This document shows, piece by piece, positions 11,130 to 21,812 of a stretch of 64,000 nt of DNA; position 1 is the stretch's first letter, and every line of letters starts with the position of its first letter. Made by a program: the position numbers and the translations under genes. The notes beneath the pieces are model-generated. The model saw only the letters and a program-made list of their open reading frames with translations. It ran no database searches and was not told where the DNA came from. This DNA comes from Verrucomicrobiia bacterium. Lineage in GTDB: Bacteria > Verrucomicrobiota > Verrucomicrobiia > Limisphaerales > UBA1319. The DNA lies in NCBI GenBank assembly GCA_963664225.1, contig OY760937.1, positions 3,744,001-3,808,000 of the forward strand, given 5' to 3'.

Positions 11130-11431
11130 ACAGTCCCCGACGAAGTTTGCTTGGGCGGGGATTGTAAGATAAACTTGAGCTGGGATTACGCGTTACTCTC
11201 CGCAGGAGCCGGAGGCGTGGACTTCTCCCCGCGTTCCAACATCGCCGCGCGGCATGGGAGCTTGACGCGCCCCATGTCGTCCGCGAAAATGTGCACAAGG
11301 CCGCATTGTGAAGCTATAAGAGCTGAAGGGAACCGGGTGGTCGTCTGGACGGTGAACACAAACTAAAACAAAAAACTGTAAGAGTTTGTTTCAAGAAGTG
11401 TGTGTTAAATTAAATCGCATAGGAATATTGA

Positions 11432-11454
11432 CTGGGGCTTTTCATGAGCCCCAG
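11432..11454 (-). terminator. Hairpin, possible terminator
   Basis: ctggggct-tttcatg-agccccag just downstream of the 11465-11725 gene. Confidence 0.5.
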
Positions 11455-11464
11455 CCGTGGTGGA

Positions 11465-11725
11465 TTACGCCTCTGGGATATCGGGCTGGCTGCCGATCCA
11501 TTCAAACGCTCGGGTTGCCAGCAGGCTGAGAACCAGAAGATTCTGATGGCCGAAACTACCTGATGACTTCCAAGCATCTCCCTCTTTGTAGGAACGCTGG
11601 AAGGTGACGTTGAACACGGGTCCTTTATCGGATTCCTGACGCCAGATGCTGGCGCTGACAGCCCCGTAGCGGATTTTATGCGCGGGCGGATTGTTGGTTT
11701 TCGTTGGCTTGGTTTGATTTTTCAT
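11465..11725 (-). CDS. Small hypothetical protein of mobile elements, possibly ssDNA-binding
   Basis: PAHKIRYGAVSASIW...FNVTFQRSYKEGDAWKSSGSF, a compact beta-rich pattern; ATG start and downstream hairpin. Confidence 0.65.
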   Translation of the reverse strand: MKNQTKPTKTNNPPAHKIRYGAVSASIWRQESDKGPVFNVTFQRSYKEGDAWKSSGSFGHQNLLVLSLLATRAFEWIGSQPDIPEA

Positions 11726-11946
11726 AGGGATACTGAGGTGAAATCATTTGTGAAGCAAGGAGGCGGTCCTTGAACGGGGGAGTGTCGATTAAGAAAAAAA
11801 TAAACGGTAAGACTTGGTATCATTCCTACCCCTTGCACAAGAAGTCCAAAGATATCGGAGGTGTATGGCAAGTCCAAAAAACGCCTTCAAACCGATTCAA
11901 AATGGATGAAGAAACTCCGCACTTAACGGGCTTTCTTCAAGGGATT

Positions 11947-13047
11947 TTAAATCCTGATCCGCTCAATTTCATCGAGGGTGATTTCGTCTTTTGTGCGGTC
12001 GTAAAGCTTGGTGGTGCGAGGGGATTCGTGGGCGGCGATGGCCTGGGCGTTTTCCAGGGTTCCGCCCGCTTCGATATAGGCGGTGATGCCCGTGGCTCGA
12101 AAGGTGTGGCAGCATACGCGGTCTGGCAGCCCTGCTTCCCGAGCCCGGCGCTTGATCATTCTCAAGGCATCGGTACGGCTCATGGCATGGTCTGAAAGGG
12201 TATTAGTGCGGCTGATCGCCGAGCGGAAGAGGGGAGTTTTCTTTGCGTGTTGGAGTCCGGCGGCGGTGATGTAGGCATCCAGATACGCCTCGGCGTTATG
12301 GTGAACGGGGACCTCATGGAATTTGCCGCCTTTTTCATGCAATCGAATCCAAAAGCGCTTTCCGCTGGCGTAATAATCCGAGACCTCCATGCCGACCATC
12401 GCACTGATGCGGGCGAAGGAAAAAACCATGAGCGCAATGAGCGCCCGGTCGCGCAGGCCCGCCAAATCAGGGACGGCGATGCTCTGGCAGTTTTCAATGA
12501 CCGTCCGTAGCAGTGGAATGGAATTGAGCAGTTTACGAGTGTCCTTGGCGGTTAGGACGGGGGTCTTGCCTTTCTTGACCACATGCTTTGGACCGCGCAC
12601 GGAGGCCGCCGGATTGTGGGGCACGATCTGGCCTGTGACGAGCCAGTCAAAGAGCATCCGAATGGCGGCCAGGTGTTGTTTGACCGAGGGGGCCTCGAGG
12701 GCGGTGGTGGCGGTGCGGGATTGAAACCGCTTTCCAGTTTGACTGTCCCGGAAAAACCAACGTTTCCGCGTTAACCGCTCCGGCAATTGCTCCACATAAG
12801 CGGCCACATGAAATGGCCGGAGACTTTTCAAATCCAACTGATGCTTTTCGCTCCAATCGAGGAATTGCACCACGGCTCGGGCGTAGGCTTTGCGGGTATT
12901 GGGATTACGGATGTTGGCGGTAAAGAATTCAATGAAGCGTTGGGTGGCCTCGGGTCCGGCAGCGGCGATGAGTTTAGGAAATGGTCCGCCTGCAAAAGCC
13001 AAAGGAAGGCTGGGTTGAGGGGTGTGCGGGATGAGTTCGTCGGCCAT
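11947..13047 (-). CDS. Tyrosine recombinase (resolvase-like)
   Basis: RDRALI..FARIS, HEKGGK, CHTFRATGIT, AHESPRTTKLYDR. Confidence 0.92.
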   Translation of the reverse strand: MADELIPHTPQPSLPLAFAGGPFPKLIAAAGPEATQRFIEFFTANIRNPNTRKAYARAVVQFLDWSEKHQLDLKSLRPFHVAAYVEQLPERLTRKRWFFRDSQTGKRFQSRTATTALEAPSVKQHLAAIRMLFDWLVTGQIVPHNPAASVRGPKHVVKKGKTPVLTAKDTRKLLNSIPLLRTVIENCQSIAVPDLAGLRDRALIALMVFSFARISAMVGMEVSDYYASGKRFWIRLHEKGGKFHEVPVHHNAEAYLDAYITAAGLQHAKKTPLFRSAISRTNTLSDHAMSRTDALRMIKRRAREAGLPDRVCCHTFRATGITAYIEAGGTLENAQAIAAHESPRTTKLYDRTKDEITLDEIERIRI

Positions 13048-14099
13048 GGAGAATCCTCAGAGAAAGCTTAGGAATGCTTCGAGCCCGCAGGAGGTTGTTG
13101 TTGGACCATCCTTTCGAGCATACCTGACAGTTTGCGGATGGAATCGAAAACTGCAAGGCTTATATGTAAGGCGACATAATACAGTCTATTATATGCGTGT
13201 TGGATGGTCGCCTCGGTTTTTCACTCGATTGATTCATATGATGCCGGAAAGAAAATGATATTTATCAAGGCTCCTTCAATTTTCGGTAGGTGGCAAAATA
13301 GAATTTTGCAAAGCGTGCGCAGAGCGCGGGAAAGTCAGGAGTCGGCCAATGCTGGCGTGCCATGCCTGCCCAAGCAATGGCTTGCTTGCGATAGAAATAC
13401 GACGTTCGGCGTTGGCCAATATTCCCTGAATAGGCCGGAATGATGGAGTGAAATAGCGCAAACTGACGTTCAATCCACGGTCGGGGAGGGGAGGGATTAT
13501 TGCCCTCAACGCAAGCCGAGGAATCAGGTAATTGGCCAAATAAGGACTGGGTATGGATCGAAGGCATGAAGAATTCCCCCTCTTCGTCGGATTCCAAAAC
13601 AACCGAGTGCCGGATGGCAACACAAAAGAAACCAGCAGAATGATCCGTTTGCTGGCTAAACGCTGCGACAGGTGTTCAAATTTGAAAAGCGCCAATCCCC
13701 TTCAAATCTAAATGACGCAAATTGCACTGTTCGAAAAACTGGGACTCGACACTTGCGTAAGCCATGCTCGTGCCAGGGATGCAGATATTGGCAGGACTGA
13801 ATTCGATGAAGCGATAAGTGGCGGAAACGCAATTCGTTAAATCCTTCTTGGAGAGAGCATTCCTGCGAACGTGAGGGCCAAATTGGAAATGGAAAAACTT
13901 GGAACAATGTGCTGATCCAGCGCTAAAAAGTCTCCAAAACGGAGGCCGCCCATTATGATTCATAAAGGACGTTATGAGTCATAAAATAGCTCCTCGACTT
14001 TAAATTGTAGCCGACGCGCGCTGCGCGACATTTTACTGTCAATTTCCAATCACGACAGGTAAAATCCCATCCATTAAGAACGACGCGCATGCGCATTAC

Positions 14100-14535
14100 G
14101 TGATGATCGATCAACTCAAACCGAACCAAGTACAGCGCAGGCTGAATTTCCCTGAGTCGGTCGAAGTCATCGTCATTCTTCCAAGCGATGCCCTGGCAGC
14201 CAAACCAGCCATAAGATGTGTGTCGACGCTCAGCCGCACGGACATCACCGCACCAAGCGTCAGTCTTCAATGCGTATTTGAAATGGCCCTATCCGATAAA
14301 GACACCGACATCCCTAGCCTGTCCCGCGCCGCGCTGCTCCAGAAAATCGAAATACAAAGCTGGTCGCTCAACCCCGACCGCTATGTGGACGTGGCCCATC
14401 GACGAAGCCATGCGCGACGAGGACCGCAAGGAACAGTTCGAAACGCTGAGCGAGGAACTCGAAACCCTCAACTCCACAGCACGGGAGTTGGAAGCTACGA
14501 TTGCCAACAACGTCATGGAGATCCTCGAAGCATGA
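14100..14535 (+). pseudogene. Remnant of a type I restriction-modification M-subunit C-terminus, preceded by a possible helicase N-terminal fragment
   Basis: KIEIQSWSLNPDRYVDVA, then a frameshift to EDRKEQFETLSEELETLNSTARELEATIANNVMEILE (HsdM-like tail). DQLKPNQV..FPESVEVIV resembles SNF2-helicase N-termini (weak). Confidence 0.55.
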
Positions 14536-14705
14536 TGAACCAACCCGTGCGCGTGCGGTTCTGTTCCCTTCTCCATTTGGGAGGGCCTGGGATGGCCGAA
14601 CAAATTCACCCACACTACCGCAAAATCCAAAACCTCCGCTGGACGCGCGACGAACTTCTGCGGCGTCTTCTGTCGGTGTAGATCAATCTTGAAATCGATT
14701 GAACC

Positions 14706-16307
14706 ATGCGCGACGAGTTTCTCCAAAAAACAAAAGACACCTTGGCTAAACGTGTCGGGACACACTGCTCAAATCCACAATGTTGGAAGCTAACGAGTGG
14801 TCCACGGGATGACCCTGAAAAAACGGTCAATATCGGAGTGGCAGCACACATCACTGCTGCGGAAGTTGGTGGCCCACGCTTTGATTCGTCATTAAGCGTT
14901 CGCCAACGTTCTTCCATCAGCAACGCGATTTGGCTCTGCCAGAACTGCTCGAAACTCATCGACAATGATGAATGCCGATACACGGTGGATTTGCTGCGTC
15001 AGTGGAAAACCTTGGCCGAAGAAACCGCGCGCCTCGGCGTGGAAACCACTGGCGCTACGATCCCGTTACAGCCAATATCCGACGTTGAAGTGGTCCAGGC
15101 ATACGCCCAATGCTTTGAACGACAGGCATTTCAGGACCATTTAAGGCAAGAAGGTTCTATGGAGGCTTTCGACAAAGCGATTGAGGACACGATTGTCGGC
15201 ATCAGCACAGGAAGCATCTGCACTCTGGATGGCAATGTCCTCATGCATGCGCGAGGGAAGGTGTTCTTAAAGGACCGAAGACTTCGCGAGCGAATGGATG
15301 TCATCGTAGATTTACTCCGGTGGATTCGCTTTCGCTACGCCGATGCAGTTAAACGGAAGGCAATCACCTTTCATGAGGATTCCGGCGGTACAACCTCCTA
15401 TTGCATCCACGAGCAGGAATTGGCTCAATGGATGGATACCACTCGCACTCAAGTGCTGGAGTTGTTCAGCGAAGTCTGCCAACAAGTCGGCATTCATCCT
15501 CCCTTGCTTAGTCGCGGCCAAAGGCAAGAATTCTCTAGCGCCTCAGTTCCCACTCCGGCGTTTTCGAGCGTAGCGCCGACTAACACTCCAGCAGAGACAT
15601 ATCAGAAGCAAATATCACGATTTGTTCATGAGCTTAAAACACCCCTTGGCGCGATTAGAGGCGCTGTAGAGTTCCTCCAACAGACCGACGATCCGAACCA
15701 GAAGAACGAGTTGGCCAGAGACGTCGTTTCTTGGTGCATGTTAATCCATCGGTTGCTCCAAACCATCTCATTTCTCGGAACGTCGAATTGCAGTTATTTC
15801 TTTCAAAAAACACTACTGCTGCGAGACATCATCACCCCAGCAGCGAATTCGATTGAGATGCTCCTCAGGGAGCGTGGATTCGACAGGTCACAGATACATA
15901 TAACCGACCTGTCAGTCATTTCCCCCTTGTTTTTGGATCGTTCGTGCTTCCAACAAGTGTTTTTCATTCTTTTGTCCAACGCAATTAAATATGCCCTGCC
16001 AAAAGGGCCCCTTCGTGTCCTCGTCAGGGCAAATCGAACCCAGAGCGCGCACCAGATTTCAATCTGCGACTGGGGGATCGGCATCGAGGAAGGCGAAAAG
16101 AATTCGTTGTTTCTTCCGGGTTTTCGCGGCCAGAAGTCTATAGCCATGAATGCTCACGGAGATGGGCTTGGGCTTACGCTGGCAAGAACTATTGTGGAGG
16201 TGCACGGGGGCACAATTGGTGTTCAATCGCTCCGCTCGCCTACCGAATTTCTGATTAGCTTACCGCGGACTTTGGAGTCCATTCTTCCCGGCCAATGGCA
16301 CCCATGA
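14706..16307 (+). CDS. HNH-endonuclease-like domain fused to a cytoplasmic histidine kinase (HisKA + HATPase)
   Basis: N-term CSNPQC..AAHITAA..GGPRF..NAIWLCQNC; C-term H-box HELKTPL, N-box LSNAIKY, G1 DWGIGI, G2 GDGLGL; no TM segment seen. Confidence 0.85.
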   Translation: MRDEFLQKTKDTLAKRVGTHCSNPQCWKLTSGPRDDPEKTVNIGVAAHITAAEVGGPRFDSSLSVRQRSSISNAIWLCQNCSKLIDNDECRYTVDLLRQWKTLAEETARLGVETTGATIPLQPISDVEVVQAYAQCFERQAFQDHLRQEGSMEAFDKAIEDTIVGISTGSICTLDGNVLMHARGKVFLKDRRLRERMDVIVDLLRWIRFRYADAVKRKAITFHEDSGGTTSYCIHEQELAQWMDTTRTQVLELFSEVCQQVGIHPPLLSRGQRQEFSSASVPTPAFSSVAPTNTPAETYQKQISRFVHELKTPLGAIRGAVEFLQQTDDPNQKNELARDVVSWCMLIHRLLQTISFLGTSNCSYFFQKTLLLRDIITPAANSIEMLLRERGFDRSQIHITDLSVISPLFLDRSCFQQVFFILLSNAIKYALPKGPLRVLVRANRTQSAHQISICDWGIGIEEGEKNSLFLPGFRGQKSIAMNAHGDGLGLTLARTIVEVHGGTIGVQSLRSPTEFLISLPRTLESILPGQWHP

Positions 16308-16759
16308 AAACAAAACCGATCTTACTGATTGTTGACGACGACCATAAAGCAATGAGCTACTTCGTGATGGCTCTTGAGAACTCCGGCTACCGCGTGACGC
16401 AAAAATGCACGGCCTCCGATGCTATAGATTTTCTGAGCGCGTATTCGCAGACCGTGGACGGCGTTATACTCGATATGATGCTACCGCTGGGCCATGTGTC
16501 TCCCACTTGGAACGCTGATGACGAAATGTTCGGCGGGAAAGAAGTTTATAGGTATCTCCAGTCTACGCATCCAGGAATCCCCATTCTTGTTTTGTCGAAT
16601 ATTTCCAGTGGGAGATTGCTGAACGAGTTCCCTTCCAGCGACACCGTCCAAGTGGCCGTTAAGTGCGAGCATTCCCCTTTCATGATCGTTGACTTAATAA
16701 ACCGCTTGGTTGGCTCGACAAGCTCGGGTGGGGACGAAGAACACACCCGAAACCCCTGA
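16304..16759 (+). CDS. Stand-alone response regulator receiver domain
   Basis: LIVDDD, ILDMMLP, ILVLS, conserved K; ATGA overlap with the kinase stop. Confidence 0.88.
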   Translation: MKTKPILLIVDDDHKAMSYFVMALENSGYRVTQKCTASDAIDFLSAYSQTVDGVILDMMLPLGHVSPTWNADDEMFGGKEVYRYLQSTHPGIPILVLSNISSGRLLNEFPSSDTVQVAVKCEHSPFMIVDLINRLVGSTSSGGDEEHTRNP

Positions 16760-16768
16760 ACTGCCATC

Positions 16769-18730
16769 ATGATGAGCTGGAACACAAACCTAGCAGGAGA
16801 GCACCTCGCCATCGCCGCATCTACAGCCCAGCGTCTCCGGGTAATGGCAGGGCCAGGGACAGGAAAGAGTTTTGCAATGAAACGCCGCATCGCTCGGCTA
16901 ATCGAAATCGATGGCGTTGACCCAAAGCGCATACTTGCCGTCACGTTCACACGCACGGCAGCTCGAGACCTGGAAAAAGAACTTCAAGACATGGGCGTGC
17001 CGGGCTGCGAAAACATTGTGGCAGGAACAGTTCATTCGTATTGCTTCCAACTCTTGCTCCGAAACGACGTATTTGAACTGCTGAGCCGTGTCCCGCGCGG
17101 TTTGATTACATTCAACAACCGGGGGATCTACGGCTACGAAGTCGAACCGTTGCTTGCTGACCTCCAACCGCTAGGTCACTTTGGAGCAAAGCGAGACATG
17201 ACGAAGCGAATGCGCGCGTTCGAAGCAGACTGGGCGCGTTTGCAACATGAGCAGCCGGGCTGGCCGATTGATCGTCTCGATGTTCAATTTCATCATTTGC
17301 TCACTGCTTGGCTGCGTTTCCATCGCGGGATGCTGATAGGCGAGCTTGTCCCAGAGGCGTTGCGTTACCTTCGAGACAATCCTGCATGCTCCGCTCTCCA
17401 AGTATTCGACCACATCGTGGTGGATGAGTATCAAGACTTAAACCGCGCGGAGCAGGAACTCATTGATGTTCTTTCAGCCGGGAAGAAGGTTGCCATTGTC
17501 GGGGACGTGGACCAGTCCATCTACCGTTTCAGATACGCTCACCCGGAAGGCATTGAAGATTTCAGCAATCGCCACCCAAATGTTGAGGATCATGAACTCG
17601 ACGAATGCCTCCGCTGCCGTGCATTGATTGTCACGGTGTCAGACAACCTTATTCGAGGCAATTACCCAGCAGGGGCGGACCACCGGCTCGTCACACTGCA
17701 ACCACAGCCCGGTCCTGCCACGGTTCGTGTGGTTCAATGGCCAACGTTGGATTCGGAGGCGGATGGCATTGCGGCATTCATCCAGCATTTGGTAACGCAG
17801 CGCGGATTTACAGCGAAGGATATTCTGGTTCTTTCCCCGCGTCGGTTAATAGCCAACGAAATCAAACGCCGCTTGGCAGCTCCCGGATTCGGAATTGCCG
17901 CGCATAGTTTTTACAACGACAAACTGCTTGAACCCGATGCGGCTCAAGTAGCCATGACGAAGCTGCAACTCCTGTGTAATCCTGATGATCGGGTCGCTCT
18001 CCGGTACTGGCTCGGATCAGACAGCCCTACTTGGCGTCGAGGCCAGTATGTGACCTTGCGCGACTATTGCGAGGGGCACGACAGTTCACCAGCCGATGTA
18101 TTGGCTCAAGTGGCGGCAGGACAGCTTCAGTTGGCCGGCTTGGACAGACTGACCACTCGTTACCAAGAGCTGCAGGCCGAAGTGAACCGACTGAAACAAC
18201 TGAGCTTTGCTGACCTGTTTAGTGATCTCTTTCCCGCTGGCACTGTGTGGTCTGATCCGATTCGCGAATTGGTGACCGGGAAGGTTGACGCCGTTGAGGA
18301 TGCTCAAGGATTGCTTGATTTACTTCGGACAGAAATCACTCAACCAGAAATGCCAGCCGAAGGTGATTTCGTGAGGATAATGAGCCTTCACAAATCGAAG
18401 GGCTTGACTAGCCGAGTCACAATCATTGTCGGCTGCATTCACGGGCTGATTCCTTTTGTGGATAATGACCTTCCGCCAGCCGAGCGAGCTGCTCACCTTC
18501 AGGAGCAACGGCGCGTTTTCTACGTCGCACTCACTCGAGCAAAGGAAGTGTTGTTGGTGTCTTCCGTCGCAAGTATTCCCCGCGCTATGTCCCACCAGAT
18601 TGGAGCGGTGCTTCGAGGTGGTAATGCGCAACAAGGCAATACGGTCGCTTGCCAGTTTCTCCATGAACTAGGGCCGCAAGCGCCCGCGGCACTTCACGGA
18701 GCGAGTTGGAGAGCGGCAGGTTACCAATAG
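16769..18730 (+). CDS. UvrD/REP-family SF1 helicase
   Basis: AGPGTGKS, VTFTRTAA, VDEYQD, VGDVDQSIY, SLHKSKGL, FYVALTRAK. Confidence 0.93.
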   Translation: MMSWNTNLAGEHLAIAASTAQRLRVMAGPGTGKSFAMKRRIARLIEIDGVDPKRILAVTFTRTAARDLEKELQDMGVPGCENIVAGTVHSYCFQLLLRNDVFELLSRVPRGLITFNNRGIYGYEVEPLLADLQPLGHFGAKRDMTKRMRAFEADWARLQHEQPGWPIDRLDVQFHHLLTAWLRFHRGMLIGELVPEALRYLRDNPACSALQVFDHIVVDEYQDLNRAEQELIDVLSAGKKVAIVGDVDQSIYRFRYAHPEGIEDFSNRHPNVEDHELDECLRCRALIVTVSDNLIRGNYPAGADHRLVTLQPQPGPATVRVVQWPTLDSEADGIAAFIQHLVTQRGFTAKDILVLSPRRLIANEIKRRLAAPGFGIAAHSFYNDKLLEPDAAQVAMTKLQLLCNPDDRVALRYWLGSDSPTWRRGQYVTLRDYCEGHDSSPADVLAQVAAGQLQLAGLDRLTTRYQELQAEVNRLKQLSFADLFSDLFPAGTVWSDPIRELVTGKVDAVEDAQGLLDLLRTEITQPEMPAEGDFVRIMSLHKSKGLTSRVTIIVGCIHGLIPFVDNDLPPAERAAHLQEQRRVFYVALTRAKEVLLVSSVASIPRAMSHQIGAVLRGGNAQQGNTVACQFLHELGPQAPAALHGASWRAAGYQ

Positions 18731-18796
18731 TCACAGCGCTTGTCTCCTTGTCGGCAGGCTAGAAATAACTTTTTGCCCGGTTTCCGTAGAGGGAGG

Positions 18797-20008
18797 CTAG
18801 TGTAGTTTTTCACATATAACTGGTGTTATATGTTCTGCGGGTTATTTTACCTGCATGCCGCGACACGCAATGACTGTCAACCTAACCGAAACTGATCGCC
18901 AAGAGCTGGAACGATGGGTGGCAGCACATCACACCCCCCAGCAAGTTTCGCAACGATGCCGTATCGTTTTGGCTGCAGCTCAAGGCCAGCAAGACAAGTT
19001 GATCGCCGACGACCTGAGCCTCAATTTCAAGACGGTGGCTTTGTGGCGGAAGCGTTTTGCGAGCGAAGGCCCTGAGAGCCTGTGGGATGTGGCCGAGGGG
19101 CGCGGACGCAAGCCCGCCTTAACTGCCGAAGATGTCGAGCAAGTGATCGCGGCGACACTCCAAACCAAGCCTGCGGGAGCCACGCACTGGAGTTGTCGCG
19201 CGATGGCCAAAGCCCGAGGCGTGAGCAAGGCTACCGTGAACCGGATCTGGCAAAGCCATCAGATCAAGCCGCATCGGACCAAAGGCTTCAAACTTTCGCG
19301 GGATCCGGAATTTCTGAGGAAGCTCACCGATGTTGTTGGCTTGTATCTGAACCCTCCCGAGAAGGCATTGGTGCTCTGTGTCGATGAAAAGAGCCAAATT
19401 CAGGCCTTGGATCGCACGCAGCCAGGATTGCCACTCAAGAAAGGTCGTTGTGGAACAATGACCCATGACTACAAGCGCAACGGCACGACGACGTTATTCG
19501 CCGCCCTGGAACTGGCGCAAGGCAAGGTCGTTGGTCAATGTTACGCACGCCATCGCCACCATGAGTTTTTGAAGTTTATGCAACGGTTGGATGCGGAGTT
19601 TCCCGGTGAGATCAAGTTGCATGTGGTCATGGATAATTATGGCACGCATAAGCACCCGCGAGTGCAGCGTTGGTTCAAACGGCATGACCGTTTCATAGCT
19701 CATTTCGTCCCAACCAGCTCGAGTTGGCTAAACCTGGTGGAACGGTGGTTTGGTGAGTTGACCGGCAAACGCATTCGCCGTGGAGTCTTTGTCAGCGTGG
19801 CGGATTTGCAGTCGGCCATCGCGGAATTCCTCGCTGCCTGGAACGACGCCCCCCAACCATTCGTGTGGACGGCGACGGTCGAGTCGATTGTCGATAAACT
19901 AAGCCGGTGCAAACATACGCTCGAGCGGATTAAACCCGGATGCACCCGTTTCAGAATGCGAAAAACAAAGGAATAATAACTCCAGTCGTTTGTGAGACAC
20001 TACACTAG
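18797..20008 (+). mobile_element. IS630-family insertion sequence
   Basis: Imperfect terminal IRs ctagtgtagtttttcaca / tgtgagacactacactag with CTAG at both ends. Confidence 0.92.
18855..19976 (+). CDS. IS630 family transposase
   Basis: HTH plus VDEKSQIQAL, DYKRNGTTTLF, MDNYGTHK, SSWLNLVERWF. Confidence 0.96.
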   Translation: MPRHAMTVNLTETDRQELERWVAAHHTPQQVSQRCRIVLAAAQGQQDKLIADDLSLNFKTVALWRKRFASEGPESLWDVAEGRGRKPALTAEDVEQVIAATLQTKPAGATHWSCRAMAKARGVSKATVNRIWQSHQIKPHRTKGFKLSRDPEFLRKLTDVVGLYLNPPEKALVLCVDEKSQIQALDRTQPGLPLKKGRCGTMTHDYKRNGTTTLFAALELAQGKVVGQCYARHRHHEFLKFMQRLDAEFPGEIKLHVVMDNYGTHKHPRVQRWFKRHDRFIAHFVPTSSSWLNLVERWFGELTGKRIRRGVFVSVADLQSAIAEFLAAWNDAPQPFVWTATVESIVDKLSRCKHTLERIKPGCTRFRMRKTKE

Positions 20009-20427
20009 GAAGAGGTTCTCGTAGTCCTGAACGGTATCGTTCTTCTTCTGTGGATCGAAATGATCCACTTCCATGCAAGTTAAGCCGCCGGCGTAGCGCA
20101 AGTGCTGCATCGAGTAAGCACAGCGGTCCTGGAAATCGCGTCGTAGCGCGGGCAGGGCTTTTTCCCGGTAATTCCGAGGCGTCAGAACGCAATCAGGCGC
20201 CGGGCCTCGGGGAATTCGTGGAGGTGAAACCTTTGACATAGTCTTCTAAAGCGCCGAGGACTTTCCTTAAAGAGGCGAGCCGCTGGTCTTGTAGGGCGGC
20301 TTCATCGACTGGCATCGGCGATAAGGTCTTCCGACGCGAGTCGGCCAACTGGTCGAGCTCATCGCGTCCCGAGCGAGAAATTCTGCCGGTCGCTTCCAGT
20401 CGCACCAACTCACGGAAACGCTGCTCC
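20007..20427. repeat. 421-bp direct duplication of 21580-22000 (3' end of the hypothetical gene and 5' half of the HNH gene)
   Basis: Identical by eye at offset 1573; the ORF track shows the same peptides in both places. Confidence 0.93.
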
Positions 20428-21200
20428 TCCAACATCGCCAGCTTGGCGGTCAACAATTTGTGATCCGCCTCCAGAGATGCCATGCGGTTCCAATTGGCCT
20501 CCGCATTGGCGCGGGCTTCTTTGGGCAGATACTGGAACCAGTCAGGCTTCATCGTTATACGTTATATAAAAACAACAACACGTAAAAAGGTCAATAAGAA
20601 AAAACGTTCATGATTATTTTGTCATTCTTTTCTATCCCCGGCAGGTTCCCTGCGCCACCTGTCCTTGCGCTAGGTCTAGGTCAGATCAATTCCACCACCC
20701 AAAAGCAATGCCAACTCTTGGCTCCTCAGGATCACATCCCGTGAACCCCTGGCACAGGTTTGTGGCGCCCGTAGCCAGATAAATCAGGGTTGCGGCCCTA
20801 TGGTTGAACATGGGGGAAGGAGGGACAGGTGTTGACGGACTTTCGCCGGATCAAAGCCATGAGCCAGTTCCAGGCACAAAGCGCCCAGCTAGCACAGTTG
20901 GTAAGGCGGGGATCCGAACGGGAGTGGCGTCCGCAAGGGCACAAACTCCACGTTCGGTGGAGAGGAATTAGGCGGGGAAATATGCCGCGCCCTCCGCAGC
21001 CACAAGGTGAAGGTTGAAAAACACAGGCCCATCCGTTGGGCATACTGGCGCTGCGTTAAGCCGCTACGCTGATATTCATCGAATCGCACCAGCTCATCCG
21101 GCGCATAACCGCGAAGTCTTCGCGAAGAAAGTAATCTTTTACGCCCCCACCAAGCTCCGTGAATCCAATGATGCGGTTCTTTGGTTTTGATGTGTTTCAC
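20428..21200 (-). mobile_element. Degenerate IS66 remnant (tnpA-like, internally deleted tnpB, tnpC N-terminus)
   Basis: EYQRSGLTQRQYAQRMGLCFSTFTLWL (TnpA-like); MFNHRAATLIYLATGATNLCQGFTG...QELALLLGGGIDL with stops (TnpB-like); coiled-coil TnpC-like start at 20552. Confidence 0.7.
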
Positions 21201-21221
21201 GGCAACAAGGAGGCGCGCCGC

Positions 21222-21812
21222 CTAAGGAGGAGGAATGGGTGGAATCATGAAATCTGTCGCCTTGGCAAAAATTGCAAACAACTCGGCAGGAAGACTGACA
21301 TTCGTGGACCTCGCTATGCTTTTCAGCTCGGCCAAGTATGCCAGAATGGCAGCCCGGAGCTTTCGCTCTTCTACGAGGTGTGGTGCGTTCAGGTCACAGA
21401 TTCGAATCTGGGTCCTGCCAGGCGGCGTCGCTCCAACCAATTCGGCTGTCGAGGCATCTTCAAAAATGTGTTCGCCATAGTCCGCCTCTTCGCAGAGGTT
21501 GAGTAACCGCATGTCTTGGCTGGCCTCCTCATCCGTTGACCAGAACATTCCTTTGGCCCGGTTGCAGTGGCGGGAGGCCAGGAAGAGGTTCTCGTAGTCC
21601 TGAACGGTATCGTTCTTCTTCTGTGGATCGAAATGATCCACTTCCATGCAAGTTAAGCCGCCGGCGTAGCGCAAGTGCTGCATCGAGTAAGCACAGCGGT
21701 CCTGGAAATCGCGTCGTAGCGCGGGCAGGGCTTTTTCCCGGTAATTCCGAGGCGTCAGAACGCAATCAGGCGCCGGGCCTCGGGGAATTCGTGGAGGTGA
21801 AACCTTTGACAT
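21222..21812 (-). CDS. HNH endonuclease (PtuB/retron-associated-like pattern)
   Basis: LRRDFQDRCAYS, EVDHFDP, YENLFLASRHCNRAKG, RLLNLC. Confidence 0.82.
   Translation of the reverse strand: MSKVSPPRIPRGPAPDCVLTPRNYREKALPALRRDFQDRCAYSMQHLRYAGGLTCMEVDHFDPQKKNDTVQDYENLFLASRHCNRAKGMFWSTDEEASQDMRLLNLCEEADYGEHIFEDASTAELVGATPPGRTQIRICDLNAPHLVEERKLRAAILAYLAELKSIARSTNVSLPAELFAIFAKATDFMIPPIPPP

Noticed and set aside
13260..14090. Overlapping short minus-strand ORFs
   Set aside because: Possibly a fragmented gene, but no family could be assigned.
16769..18730. Gabija (gajB) or housekeeping uvrD/pcrA call
   Set aside because: No OLD/TOPRIM GajA partner, and the island context and sequence do not fit a housekeeping gene.
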